The notes: a model not told the origin generated them from the letters alone. Positions 24,348-37,917 are shown, numbered from the stretch's first letter. The stretch is DNA of 64,000 nt from Eledone cirrhosa (GCA_964016885.1 OZ024748.1:49166001-49230000); one strand, 5' to 3'. Made by a program: numbers and translations.

Positions 24348-26456
24348 CATATACACAGACACATAGTCATACTCCTGGGTGATAGATATAAACAAGTATG
24401 TTGTATAAAGTACGGCAGTGTAATTAAATTGTGTTTGTGAGTGTTTTGTGTATATGTGTGTATGTTTGTGTGTGTCTATGTGTGTGTATGTTTGTGTGAG
24501 TGTGTGTTTGTATGTGTGTTTATGTGCGTTTGTGTGTACTTGAGTTTGTAAGTGTGTGTGTGTACATGTGTTTGTGTGTGGAAGTGAGTGTAAATAGTGA
24601 TTATGTCAATAAGTAATCATAGACTGTGCTTTAAAAACAAATAGAGTTGGGATGGTAAGGGTGGCAAGCAGGTAGAGGGGGGTAGATATCAGGTGAGTTG
24701 TTCATGTGACTTATACAGATAGCCACTCCTACAGCTATTGGTTGCAGAAATCTCTGGAGTGAGTAAATATATTAGTATATAAAAGGTGAACAGCACACTT
24801 TATCTACAAAACCAACACCTGTGTATAGCCACATTTGTATTTGTGTATATAATATATCAGTGGCTCCAGAGGGTCCCGCTTGATTATTCTCTGGGTTTGT
24901 GAAGACCCGTCCAACCCTTGTTAGTAAAGACATGTTAAATGGTGATAATAATAAATAAATATATATAACCCATGCTAGCATGGAAGATAGCCGTTAAACG
25001 ATGATGATGATGATATATATATATATACTAGCTGGCCTGTCCAATTGGCGCCCGGCTACCATTGGCGTTTGCTACGGCATCCAGATATACATATATATAT
25101 ATAGCTGACGTACCTAGCTTTGCTTGGATAAACAGATGATAAGCCGTCTGTGTAGTATAGTATTACTGTTGAAAATATATAGTATAGTATTACTGTTGAA
25201 AATATATAGTATAGTATAGTATTACTGTTGAAAATATATAGTATAGTATAGTATTACTGTTGAAAATATATATATATTATATAAGGTGGTTGTGATGGTG
25301 ACAAGACAACAACCCACCCTGTAAAGTAGCTGCATTGCTGACACAACAAAAAGCACCCAGCCCACCCTGTAAACTGATCATATTTTTGACACAACAAAAA
25401 GAACCCAGCCCACCCTATAAAGTGTTCATGTTGGTGACATGACAAAAAGGACCCAGCTAATTTTATAAAGTGGTCATGTTAGTGATATGACAAGCAGCAC
25501 CCGGTACATCCTGTAAGGTGGTCATGCAGGTGAAAAAATACTCAGCCTATCCTATCATGGTAGATTAAGGTAATTGTGATAGTTAGAGGAAGTGAGAGTC
25601 ATTAAGCTTAGATTGATCCTAAATCAAACAACAGTGACAAGACACCACAATCAGGACTGACAGATGAACTGAAAAACCTCTTTTACAGGACCCTTATGCT
25701 GACTACTTCTCAAACAAGTTATGGTGATTTTAATAGGTATGTTGGGTAATGCTGTGATGGCTTCCAAGGTGTGCACAGATGTATTGGGTTCAGTACAAAG
25801 AATGAGGAGGAATCAAGTCTCCTGGAGTTCAGTGATGCTAGTGATTTATCTGCAGCACTAACTTTAGAAAACCAATCAGCCATTTGATTATTATCTTTAT
25901 GTCATGGGTTCAATTCCTGGAAAGGGTTGTGTGTTGTATTCTTGAGCAAAACACTTCATTTCATGTTGCTCTAGTATACTCAGCTGAAAAGGAGTAGCAG
26001 CAGTAGCTGGGGGTTTAACAAGGGGGAGTTGTATACTCTTATTCGCTTTGTGCCTCAGGAACTGGGATAAGCACTAGCCAGAGCAGACTCAAGACAGACT
26101 TTAGACATTTGATTACATATAAGCTAGGCAAGCACACAAGCCAGATGGATTATATTTTCCGCAGAAGTCAAGATAGACTGATAGTTGCAACCATCAAGTC
26201 CCTCCCCTGTGGGGAGTGCACCTTCCAACATAAACTAGTAGTTATTAACTTTAGAGTTAGAGTAGGATGAACACAAAGAGAGATAAAAACTTGGAGAACA
26301 TGGAAGTAGTACTGGACTTACTTATAAGCTAAATAAGCTATAGCTTAGGGCCATAAACCCTCAGGGGTCTCATTTTATAAAATATATTTCTATTTTATCA
26401 CTAGTTTTTATTCTTTAACACTAAATCATCAAATATGTATATACATATATATATGT

Positions 26457-26733
26457 GGAGGCACGTGGCCTAGTGGTAAGAGTGTTGGACTTACGATCAT
26501 AATGTCATGGGTTCGATTCCTGGGTTGCGTGTTGTGTTCTTGAGCAAAACACTTCATTTCACGTTGCTCCAGTATACTCAGCTGGAAATGAGTACCAGCA
26601 ATAGCTGGAGGTTTAACCCTGCAATGGACTGGCGTCCTGTCCAGGGGGGAGCCTTGCACTCTCAGTCGCTTCACGCTATGAAACCGGGATAAGCACCGGC
26701 CAAATGAGCTTTCTGGCTTAAGACAGACTTTAA

Positions 26734-26740
<7 letters not shown>
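26457..26740 (+). mobile_element. tRNA-derived SINE, family B (older copy at about 25870-26105)
   Basis: A box TGGCCTAGTGG, B box GGTTCGATTCC, tail AGACTTTAAACTTT. Confidence 0.85.
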
Positions 26741-26777
<37 letters not shown>

Positions 26778-26789
26778 GTTATAACAGTG

Positions 26790-27480
26790 ACATGTACAGG
26801 TACTTAAGTTTCGTTGAGTTATACACCAATAACTTATTCAGCCTGTTGTAAAAAGAAAGATGGCCACTAACAATTGAATGTAATTTCTTTTTAAAAAAAT
26901 GTATGAGAGCTCTTTAAAGGCAGGTAATTTCAAAATAGCTATAAATAGCTATAAATAACCAAAATTATTAGATAGGTTAAAGAGAGGCAACCAACCTAAA
27001 GCTAATACTAAAAGTAGGGAAATTGTTGCTATGTTAGTAATTCAAAGAAATCAAATTTCTTCAAATATAAATTAATTTGTAATTCAAAGAAAATATATTC
27101 CTTGATACTCGAATTAGTTGGTCAGATCTATACTATTTATTCAGAATGAATTTCACTTTGTGCAGACAGTGACTAAAGTAGTCAAGACGTGTATTTAAGC
27201 AGTCTTTATCTGAAGCCAGTTGAAAGAGTATATTCCACTTTCCGGGTTACATTAGTTTTCACATTAAGTGCAAAAGGCGGTGTGAACCATATGTCATTAT
27301 GTCTAGGCTTTTTCTTTCTTGACGTAGGGTGGTGATCTGGAGAATAAGTGATTCTTTCAGAGAAGCTGCTGTTTCTTAGTGCTGAATTATAGTAGGCTGC
27401 TGCCCTATCAAAGATGGTTTTGCTAGAAGAGAGGTTGGATACCCTCTTACTTATGTTATTGATAAGATTTTTAAAAACTA
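26790..27480 (-). mobile_element. Decayed, internally deleted Penelope-like element (Naiad/Hydra-like)
   Basis: Minus translation LKNLINNISKRVSNLSSSKTIFDRAAAYYNSALRNS..HNDIWFTPPFALNVKTNV and C-terminus SHCLHKVKFILNK*; hammerhead motif downstream. Confidence 0.75.
26797..26845 (-). ncRNA. Degenerate hammerhead motif at the 3' end of the Penelope-like element
   Basis: CAGG-CTGAATA-AGTTAT tggtgt ATAACT-CAAC-GAAA-CTTAAG-TA-CCTG; core G8 appears mutated. Confidence 0.6.
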
Positions 27481-27739
27481 TAGGAGGGAGGCTAGAGTCC
27501 TTTTGAATGTACCGAAGTTCCTTACTGGGTTTGTGGAATGGTCTATGTTGGCTATTTCTTTCCTTCTTCCTCCCCCCCCCCTTCTTTCATTCTTTCTCTC
27601 TGCTCTTCCTTTCCCCTTACTGCTTCTTAATATCAGCCATAGAAGAAATGAGAGCAAACTCAGCTGCTGGACCTGATTGATTCCCAGCAATCCTCCTAGG
27701 AACATGCAAATGTGCCTTAGCAAGACCACTGAAGATCCT

Positions 27740-29250
27740 CTTCAGAAGCAGTAAACTACCCAGAGAGTAAAGGAAGGCATAATATGCCCTATCCATAAAG
27801 AAGGAAGCAGAGCAGGGGCTAAAAAACTACAGGCCAGTCTCCCTGACCTTACATATCAGTAAGATCTTGGAACAAATCATCAGAAAGAAACTGATCACAT
27901 TCCTCGAGGAAAATAACTGCCTAACTAACACTCAGCTTTCGCATGGGAAGAAGCTGCCTTACACAGCTGCTACAACACTACGACTGGGTCCTGAAACAAC
28001 TGGTAGACAGCTCAAATGTGGCTATGATATATCTTGACTTTGCAAAGGCCTTCGACAAGGTCAACCATGGAATGATATGTCGCAAATTACACAGATTCAG
28101 CATAAGTGGAAAAGTAGGTGAGTGACTACATTACTTCTTAAAAGACAGAAGCCAAACTTGCAGCCAACAGGGCCAACTCAAAGGAAACAACAATAATAAG
28201 TGGGGAGTCCAGAGCACAGTCTTGGGGCCACAACTGTTTTTGGTGGCTCTTTCAGGCATGTCCTCTGTAGTACATACAACATTCCTCACTAGCTATGCTG
28301 ATGACACAAAGGAAGCACAGGCAGTCAAGAACCCAGCTGATGCTGCCCTTTTACAACAAGATCTGGATGTCATATACAAATGGGCTGAGGACAACAACAT
28401 GCAATTTAATGGTAGAAAATTTCTAATTCTATGATATCAACCTACTAACACAAGGACAGTACAACAAAGCTACACCAGACCAGGAGGGATCGAAATTCCC
28501 GTATCTAAATCAATACGAGACCTGGGTATAGACATGAGCGATGATGCATTGTTTTATTCACACATCGTGTGCAGACGGCTCACTGGCTGAGGACTTTTAA
28601 GACAAGAGACTGAGAAACCATGTTGGTACTATGGAGGAAATTTGTCCTAAGATGACTGGACAATTGCTCCAACGGTGGTCACCCTATTGTGTCAAATAAA
28701 CCATGGAACTTGAAACAATCCAACAAAGCTACACCAAGAGGATTTCCACAATGAAGGAGATGAGCTACTGGGAGAGGCTAAAAGAACTAAAACTCTACCC
28801 CTTGCAATGAAGGTGGGAGAAGTACGCAGTGATATACATATGCAAGATCCTGGAGGGACTACCACCAAACTTTGGCATGGAGAGCTGGTCCAACCCTCGA
28901 ACAGGATGTCACTGTGTGGTGCTAAAGGTCCTGTCTTTCACATCTAGAGTAAGGAACAGGTATTGCAACAGCCTAGGGTTCAAAGGCCCTCGACAATTTA
29001 ATAAGCTGCCAAGAAAACAGAGAACTGCATGGTGTGGACATAGATGTTTTCAAGAAACATCTTGACACTGTGCTATCCAGGATCCCAGATGAACCCACAG
29101 TACAGAACGAAGGTAACCTAAGAATAGCAGCAATGAACTCCATCCTACAATGGCCAGCCATCACAGGCTGGATATAGAATGTGTAGCAACAAAGGCGGTG
29201 CCCCAGCATGGCCTTAGCTGGATGGCTGGAGCAGGTAAAAGAGTAAAAGA
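27740..29250 (+). mobile_element. Decayed CR1/L2-group LINE, RT to 3' end
   Basis: NYRPVSLT..GRSCLTQLL..YLDFAKAFDKVNH..SYADDTK; tail GGTAAAAGAGTAAAAGA (short copy at 37716-37776). Confidence 0.9.
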
Positions 29251-29719
29251 TATATATTCATAGGAAAATGGAAAAACTCGGCGTAAGGAAGCTGTTTAAA
29301 ATAGCAAAATACCGTTGAAATGGCGTTGGGTAAAACATTACCTTGAAGGACAGAAATTAGTGGCTTGAAGTGAGTTGACTCGAAGAATTGACAAGAAGGA
29401 AGAAATAGAATGGATGAGAGGAGATCACAATCATTAAAATACACTCATCAGCTTTCAGACCACCTGCAGTTTCAACGATTTGACTGAAAGGACTGAAGGA
29501 TAAGTGGCTCGTAACAATGGTGAAATAAATATCTTCATTATTCTAATGTTTGTGTTGGGACAGGTCAGAGAGGGAGAGAAAAAAATGAAGTGCAAGTACT
29601 CGACCTCAAGTCACCACAAGAAAGGAAGAACAATGGTAGTGAAAGTGACCTGTAGAATGGAGAGGGGAAGAAAGAAAGGCAACAGTGTGAGGGAGAGAAA
29701 GAGGGAAGAAAAGACAATT

Positions 29720-29768
<49 letters not shown>

Positions 29769-29781
29769 GCATGTGTGTGTA

Positions 29782-30480
29782 TCATCATCATCACCGTTTT
29801 ACGTCCGTTCTTCCATGCTAGCATGGGTTAGACGGGTTGCCCTGTTGTGGGCAGTGCCAGGTCGGCTGACCTTGTCTTGTTCATACTGGAAGTGATTTTG
29901 GCTCAATTTCTACAGCTGGATGCCCTTCCTAACACCAACCTCATTTACAGTGAGTGCTGGGTGCTTTTTTCTGTGGCACCTCCATGACCACTTTGCAGTG
30001 GAAGGGGATGGGAGTATATTGTCTATATGCTTCAGCTTCAGCTTGTATCCGTGGGAAGTCGGGTCTTCTGTATTACTGCGTGACGCCAGAGGTCATGGTC
30101 GTGTGTCATCACTGTTGAGAGGTGCAATTGTGCAAGGTCTGCTTTTATCACCTCATCCCAGGTTTTCTTGGATCTCCCCACTCCATGGCTTCCATCAACT
30201 TTTAGTGCCCTGCAACTTTTTATGCAGCTGTCATCCTTCATACACATCAAATGTCCATACCAGCGCATCCTTCTCTCCTGCAAACAGCATTTGATTCCTC
30301 TTATGCTCAGTCTCTCCCTAATTTCGTTTAGGCTTTGCTGTTCATGTATATTACTATTACACATCCATCGGAGCATGCAAGCTTCATTTCTTTCTAATCT
30401 ACACAAGTCTTCTACACACAACGCCCAGGTCTCACTACCATGTAACATTGCTGTTCGTATGCACGCATCATACAGTCTAG
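29782..30480 (-). mobile_element. RTE LINE 3' fragment joined to family C tail
   Basis: MLHGSETWAL..LERNEACMLRWMC..RMRWYGH..KKTW; (GAT)n tail. Confidence 0.88.
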
Positions 30481-30489
30481 TTATGATGT

Positions 30490-31035
30490 GATAACAAGTG
30501 CAGACTCTGCAGAATTAACATCGAAGATGTCACCCATGTCATCAGCAGCTGCCCAAAGATGTCATCGCGGTACTATCTACCTATGAGGCATGATGTAGTG
30601 GCCAAAACACTGTACAATGCAATCCGCTGCGGCTGATAAAGGAACAATAAAGTGCGTGTTCCTTTATATATATATATATATACATATGCATACATACATA
30701 TATATATGCATACATACATATATGCATACGGACCATTGATGAGGAGCTTACAAATCCAGTATCCAAGATACACCTTTAGCTTCATACCCATCATTATTGG
30801 TGCTACGGGTTATATACCAACCCGCTTGGACCAAAGTATGACCGAACTTGGATTTGCGGACAAAAAGCGCAGCTCCCTAATTCATAGTCTACAAATGGCT
30901 GCGATAGCTGGCACCTTCAAAATATGCAAAACATTCTTGCGATTCAAGGGATGACAATTTCTTTTCTTTTACAACCTTGCCACCAGGAAGGTGGCCGGTC
31001 AAAAAAATATACTCGAAATTAAGAGAAAGAGAAAA
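30490..31035 (+). mobile_element. Restriction-endonuclease-type non-LTR retrotransposon, copy 2 (CCHC knuckle piece plus 3' end, separated by a microsatellite)
   Basis: KCRLCRINIEDVTHVISSCPKMSSRYYLPMRHDVVAK; 3' 300 bp has about 6 mismatches to copy 1. Confidence 0.82.
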
Positions 31036-31251
31036 CATATATGCATACATACATATATGCATACATACAAATATATATTCATACATACATATATATATAT
31101 ATGCATACATACATATATATGCATACATATTATTTTTATTCACTCATGAATACATTTAGGTATCCACCACGTATGCAAATGAGGCCATTTACACAGGTGA
31201 GTAAACTATATATTTTCACCAGTCTCAAATCAAAGTCTAGCAGAAGGAAGC

Positions 31252-31295
31252 ATTTTCCTGACGAGGACCATTTAAGTTCGAAATGCATAAACAAT
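31252..31295 (+). ncRNA. Hammerhead motif, weak stem I
   Basis: CTGACGA-G-GAC catttaa GTTC-GAAA-TGCA-TA. Confidence 0.5.
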
Positions 31296-31983
31296 TATTC
31301 CCCTTGCCTCTGTTGTATTCTGCTAAGCAGCCCCGTCAGCCTTCTGTTCATAGCTGAAGCTTTCAAAATGTTTATCTATTAAACACACCGGATATCTTTA
31401 GATGTAATAAATTAACATACATGTATGTATACAGCTATGTCGAAGCTAAATTCTAATAAGTGGTCGTGTAGGTGACACGACAAAAAGCACCCAGTCTACA
31501 CTGTAAAGTGGTTGTGTAGGAGACACAGTAAAAAGGCTCCCAGTCCACACTATAAATGTGGTTGGTGTTAGGAAGGGCATCCAGCCACAGAAAACCTACC
31601 AGAAACAGTTCTGTATGAATGAAACACAGCCACCTGACCAATGTTGCCTCAAGTGGGACAAATCCGTCCAACCCATGCTAGCGTGGAAGATGGACGTTAA
31701 ATGATGATGATGAGGATATACATACATATATACAAATATATACATACATATATACTTACATATATATATACATACATATATATACTTACATACAAACACA
31801 CAAACACACACACACATATGTACATCACATACAAACACACACACTTATATACACCACACACACATATATACATGTAACAGTAACTTGAACTCTCAACAAT
31901 GTAGGTGATGATGTTCAGTTTTTCTTTATCTCCAATTGGCACCAGTTGTTCTGGAGAAACTGGCCAACTTGAGCTTATTTGAT

Positions 31984-33250
31984 ACTAGCTGCAGTACCGA
32001 GTAATACCCGGGAAAGGTGGGGTTATTCGCAGTTCCCAGAGTGTGCTTGAAAATGCTAGTGACCCTGGGTGCCCACACTGGATTTTCAATAGCAACCTTT
32101 GCTAGGTGTGTTTATGGTGTTTGTGTGGAACTATCAATAGCTGTTTAAGTCATAAGTCCTTCCATCCAGCTTTCTTTATTCAGAGTGAATAAGCTGGAGA
32201 AGTTTGAGCTCGAAGAGTATCAAACTTATTCAACAAACTTATGTATAAGAATAGCAAACTTACTGCCTTAGTACTCAAGAACAATCACAGAACAATTGAA
32301 GAAGTCATCACAATTATTGAAGCAATTATAAGCAAGTGAAGATATTCAGGAAATGTTCAAGCACCCTGTATATCATCGTTTGTAAAGCCCTTCGAATGAC
32401 TGAAGCAATTCAATAAAACCATCCCGTTTTCCAACTATAGAAAACACACCATAATAAGTCGGATAAATAATCAGAAGTGTTGGCCCTAAAGAGGGCCTTG
32501 TAACATTCACTGTTGCAAAGTGTCAATAATGGGAGACAAGTTACATCTTCTTAATTCGTGTTAATCTTCTCATGATCCGACACCTTCAAATATCGACAAA
32601 ATAAACTCTACTCTCAAAGACGGCATGTTACAATTAACATGCCAGTAGTACGAATATTCGTTAACATACGATTTGGGTTTTATTCTTTGGACTAATCTCA
32701 TGGTAAGCCAACTTCCAGGTTATTGAACATCACACTTTTTTGTAACTTATCACCGATTCCTGCAGTTGACCTTAATGTGACCTAAACATGTGCACGTGTT
32801 CAGAATCCATATCAGTGGATGTGATATATATATATATATATACATATATACAAAGACATCTGTTCAGTCGTCAACCAAAATTAGATTGTCGTCTGCTTTG
32901 TTTGAAATGTTTTAATGTATATTTCTAATAAGTTGTTGCCTCGTTTTGGAGGACGGAGTTGTTGGAGGAGGAAGGGGAGTAGTGGGAGGGAGGGAGGGTT
33001 TAACATATAGTAGTAGTATCTCCTCTTCCCCCTCTCTCACTGAAACGTCTTCTCTCCCCCCTCCCCATTGTAAAGATGTCCCCAGGGGTTCCATTATTGA
33101 TTTTTATTGAAATTCAATTAGTCAGTCCTGTTTCTGAATATTAGCTTGACATGTGTGTAAAGTTTCATCAGGATCGGATCACTGGTGTGGGCGCCAACTG
33201 GTTATACACAGATACACAGACAGACAGAAACTACCATTTATATAGTTGAT
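31984..33250 (-). mobile_element. Non-autonomous Helitron-like element
   Basis: Left end ACTAG plus GC hairpin CCGAGTAATACCCGG; right end AAAGTTTCATCAGGATCGG..(CAGA)n..TTTATATAG as in Lep1-type Helitrons. Confidence 0.55.
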
Positions 33251-33278
33251 AAGATTTTCTTCAGAACATTCTGCTCAC

Positions 33279-33298
33279 GGTTTTCGGAAGAGAGACAT
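33279..33298 (-). CDS. FRY: Candidate first coding exon of furry (MSLFRKP, phase 2)
   Basis: ATG at 33298, donor GTGAGC at 33278; phase fits the acceptor at 10500; lies in a unique, CpG-richer island. No homology support. Confidence 0.4.
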
Positions 33299-33905
33299 CA
33301 CACGGAGTTGTTCTGGCGAGTAGAGATGTGGCGCTTAGCAAAACAATCCGGCCCTATCGACAGTGTTGGCACCTCCATAATGGTTAGTTCAATGCATCTT
33401 GTCAGAAACCAAGCACACAATTCACTTGGTTCCTTAATGTTTTCCTATGTTGTCAACAATAGCTTCGATGTTAGTTATTTCTTAATAAAAATTATTATAC
33501 TAGCGATGTTTGTTATTGTACATCTGATATTGTTAATGGTAGCTTTACTTTCAACCTTCAACTTTCAACTACTTGCTATGACATCGAGTACAGTCACACA
33601 TCTCCACTCACTGAGACACACTCAATTCATTTGCCATAAGTCACAAACATTCCAGCAACGCTTATACGGCAGTGAGCAATTCATGGAATCGACCACCAAA
33701 CCAACATTACTATACAATATTTGCCACGCCAAAGTGAACAATAAACCAAACCAATTCTTCACACGCTACATCTAAAACTTACAACTATCGCTATATATAT
33801 ACATACAACAGTTTTGATTTCAAAATTAGGCTATATGGAATACCGAAACTATAATGATCCCCAGAAGACAGCCGACGAGAGGGAACTATTCATGTTTTCT
33901 GGTTC

Positions 33906-34088
33906 CAGGGTTTAAGCGAGGAAGGGGGGGGGGGGGTGAGGGGTCTAGCCGGTACTTTGTTCCAGGGCCCAAGAGCTAAGAAGGCCCCACAGCAACCATG
34001 CAACATCCATTTTGAGAAAAATCTTTGCCTGCTTCGGGCCCCAAACGGGGTCTTGTACCGCCTTGCAAAATTTCTCTTGGAAGCCCTG
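33906..34088. mobile_element. hAT-type MITE
   Basis: CAGGG...CCCTG termini with perfect 8-bp TSD TCTGGTTC (33898-33905, 34089-34096). Confidence 0.85.
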
Positions 34089-35698
34089 TCTGGTTCCATT
34101 GTGTGTCCCGTGTTTACACACACATACATACAGTGAACATTTTAGTATTAGAATACGTTCTATTGTCTCAGACAGAAGGTAAACAATTAGATGATGGGTG
34201 ACCATAGATGGAATTGTCATTCTCATTAGAAAACTGGTATCTGTTTATCAACACAGGGAAGATGGAATACAAAGTTGTTCCAGGTAGTATTTGAATTTAA
34301 AAAAAAAACAAAAAAAAAACATAAAAACGAAAGTTTACTGTCCCTCTTCCATGAAAGTGAAAGTTATTTACGATAACTTGAAAATGGGGAAGGCTAAATG
34401 TATGCTGTATTCTTTTTTTCTTTCTATGTTGATAATAAATAATATGAGGAGGCAAATTGGCAGATTCGTTAGAATGTCGGGCAGAATCTTTTGTGATATT
34501 CCGGCTCTCTGCACTCTGAGTCTAAATCCCAACGCAGTCAACTTTGCCTTTCATTGTTTCGTGGTCGATAAATATATATATATATGTGTGTGTGTGTGTA
34601 TCAGTCCAGTATTGGGGGTCGATTCTTCCTCTACCTCTTTCTCAGTCTAGTACTGAGATCGATTCTTCGTCTATATCTCTTTCTCACTTCCTTTCTATTA
34701 CTCTCTTTCCTTACTCTGGAAAAAATTGGCTGTGTTTAGACCCCGGAGAGGTGACAAGTTCCACGAGTCCCAGGGAAGGTCGCATGTCATTAAAGAACCC
34801 CTACGACCGTACATCAATATTATGTCATTAGGTTTTACACTGGAACAAAATGTCATTTCTACAACTCATTGCAAAAAAATGTTTTATAATATATTATAAT
34901 CGTAAAAATATAGTTGTAAAATTTTATATAAAATTACGTATTATGAAGAAGTTATGAGGAAATAAAGTTGACGTAGAGAGCGTGGGGGGGGGGGGAGCAC
35001 TATATAATTATGATTCGCGTTCAATAATTTTGACAAGACCAAGTAACAAAAAAAAAATGTTTCCTAACTTAGATAACAGAATGATCCAGTTGTTCGATTA
35101 ACGAAACAGCGTGTTCATAAACTTATCGTGTAAGGGTACACGTATGCTCATATCCATTACGTAATTTTTAGGGAGATTCGGCGCAACACAGTATGTGTGG
35201 CAAAGCTGGTTTTTACTTAGAATTACGGGTACAGTCAATCCGACGGGCTTCCAAACAGTTTCCGTCTACCCAATTTCCCTCGCAGGCCATAAGTCGACCA
35301 TAGTACCAGGCGCTGAGATCGAACCTGGGACTTAATGATTACGAATGATACTCTTTAATCGTTTAACCAGTCCACGTCCACTGACTTTCACTAACAATGA
35401 TTTGCTTAAGTCCTAACAAAAGAACTGGATACTAATTTCAACAATAGTTAAATATCTTCTTATATAAATTTAATAGTTTTAGTTATTTAAACAAAAATAT
35501 TTTAATTTCCAGCCTGTTGCTTAAAACTGGAGCCGGCGTGACCACATTGGGGTTTTCTTAGCTTAAAACTTACGGGGTTTACTACAGAGTTCTGTAGTAA
35601 GATTTTATTTAAAAAAACAGAATACTGAGGAAATGATTAAATAAATATTTAGAAATCACTTACCATCAAAAGTTTTGTTTGTTTTCTTTTTTTAAAAG

Positions 35699-35750
<52 letters not shown>

Positions 35751-35971
35751 TACATTCCGGTAAATGAAGTTTCAAGATACGTAGTGTCCCGTAGATGTTA
35801 GCAAGTATCTGTTGAACGGCTGCATATGCTTGAGTGTCAAATAAGCAGGAAAGGTGGAAACAGCGTGTGTGTGTGCGTATGTATGTGTATATATATATAT
35901 ATATATATGTAAGTATGTATATATATATATATATGTATGTATATATATATATGTATGTGTGTGTGTATATA

Positions 35972-36007
<36 letters not shown>

Positions 36008-36226
36008 TACAGGTGTATGGGCAGAGGGGACGATTGTTACTAAACAACAACAAAAATAAAAACACCTTGAGTACTTCGCCTTGACTTTTTAAAGAAAGAA
36101 AGAAAGAAGAATGAGTGACAAAGAGAAATATTAGTCTTTCTTCCTTGCCAACTGTTGTCAACCGTCAATGTTAGCGCCTCAGGAATAATAGGACACACCT
36201 TATTACTGCTTGTTGATAAATATAAC

Positions 36227-36269
36227 AGCAGCAGCAGCAGCAGTGGGGGCGGTGACGGGGGTACTGATG

Positions 36270-36301
<32 letters not shown>

Positions 36302-36505
36302 ATAACAACAACAGTATTACGTTCAATTGTTGTCATGTAGTAGTAGTAGTAGTAGTAGTGACAGCAACTAGTATTAATAACAGCACAACAGTAGTACCCA
36401 TATCAGCAGTAGTAGTAGTATTAGTACTACTACTACTAGTAGTAGTGGTGGTAGTAGTAGTAGTGGTGGTAGTAGTAGTAGTAGTAGTGGTGGTGGTGGT
36501 GGTGA
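36227..36505 (+). repeat. (CAG)n, (TAG)n and (TGG)n triplet repeats
   Basis: Direct inspection. Confidence 0.9.
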
Positions 36506-37803
36506 CAGACCCAAGGACCATAACTAGAAATAACAAAAGTCAAAGCGATAGTGATAGAAACTATACAACTATCATGTGTAACGAACATTACCCATTAACA
36601 CTACAGCATTACTAGACCTGGTTTATAATAACCAACACCATAACAGTCACTACTGAAGCATAAACGAGGGAGCTTCTACGTAATTTCTCGTTATGTTTGA
36701 CATGCTAGAAATAGCAGCCAAATATCACTCGAACCACACCCTACAGTCGGAGAAAGGGACATGTTGGATTATGGGGTCCTGAAGCGTACCTAGGGTATGA
36801 CACATGCCATGGGCGCCTCTTGAAGGGGAGGGGACACCACTTGGACTAAGAGCACTTCCTATTAAAGTCAGATAAGCTATCGTCCGGGAGTGAAAAAAGA
36901 AACTGTCTTTGATTATTATGGCTGAGAAGCACTATGGTGGCTGGAACATTAAACCATTTATATAGAATATTAGGCCCGTAGCTAATTTGGGCAGGGACGT
37001 AATTCCACTGCTTACCATAGGCGTTGTTTTCCCTAGTTACGCCCCTGATAGGGTCCCTGCCCATGACTAAAAAGACGAGATGGTCACAATTGGAATGGTT
37101 TTCGTAATAAGTTTGATTGGTCAGGACTGACCTGGATCTAATCTAAACATTAATATCGATCGTCACTACAGAAAAAACAACTAGGAGCCTCTACATAGTT
37201 GATCAATCTGCTAAAAATAGCAGCCAAATCTCCTCAAACTACGCCGTGCCATCTTAAAAATCGATGGGTCTCATTGGAAAATGTGTTCCTAGGTACACTG
37301 TATATGACTAGACGATTGAAACGGGGGAGGAGGGCCATGGCTGAAACAGCTTTGATCATCAGTCTACTCGACCAGACTTGCCCTAGGGTTAAATAACAAC
37401 AGCAATACTACCACTTATTGATTCAAACCTCATTTATAAGTGGTGCTCAACTGGGGTCCACACACATAATGAATTGGTGGTCCACGGTAATATTTTAGGG
37501 GTTCATGAACAAATTTTGCTTTCAAAGAAAATATCTTAGGCCTTAGAGAAATAAATAAATTAAAAGCAAAACAAAACAAAAAAAAAACCATTTAACCAAA
37601 GCAGTTGGTCAAGTTCCCTAGGGAATTGATAGAAATTTGAAGAGAAACAACCAGAATTAGTGAAGTGTAAATAGATTTGTACACACACACACATTTATTT
37701 ATTTATATATATAAGGGCAGTGCCCCAGCATGGCCTCAGCCGGATGGCTGGAACAGGTAAAAGAGTAAAAGAGTAAATATATATATATATATATATATGC
37801 ATA

Positions 37804-37917
37804 TAGGAAAATATTTAACCCCGACGGCAGAGCTCAAGCCATTTCGACGGCTATTTCTGGACTGAAATAGCCGTCGAAACGGCTTGAGCTCTGCCGTCGG
37901 GGTTAAACATTTTCCTA
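37804..37917. repeat. Hairpin with about 53-bp arms and a 6-nt loop (Penelope-type inverted terminus)
   Basis: TAGGAAAATATTTAACCCCGACGGCAGAGCTCAAGCCATTTCGACGGCTATTTC-tggact-reverse complement, 2 mismatches. Confidence 0.9.

Noticed and set aside
26457-26530. tRNA gene
   Set aside because: A and B boxes are present but there is no acceptor stem, and it continues into a repeated SINE body.
32470-32720. Possible Helitron helicase remnants on the plus strand
   Set aside because: Similarity is faint and the orientation conflicts with the inferred termini.
33185-33775. 196-aa plus-strand ORF
   Set aside because: Non-ATG start inside a repeat and no recognisable domain; more likely antisense to a 5' UTR.
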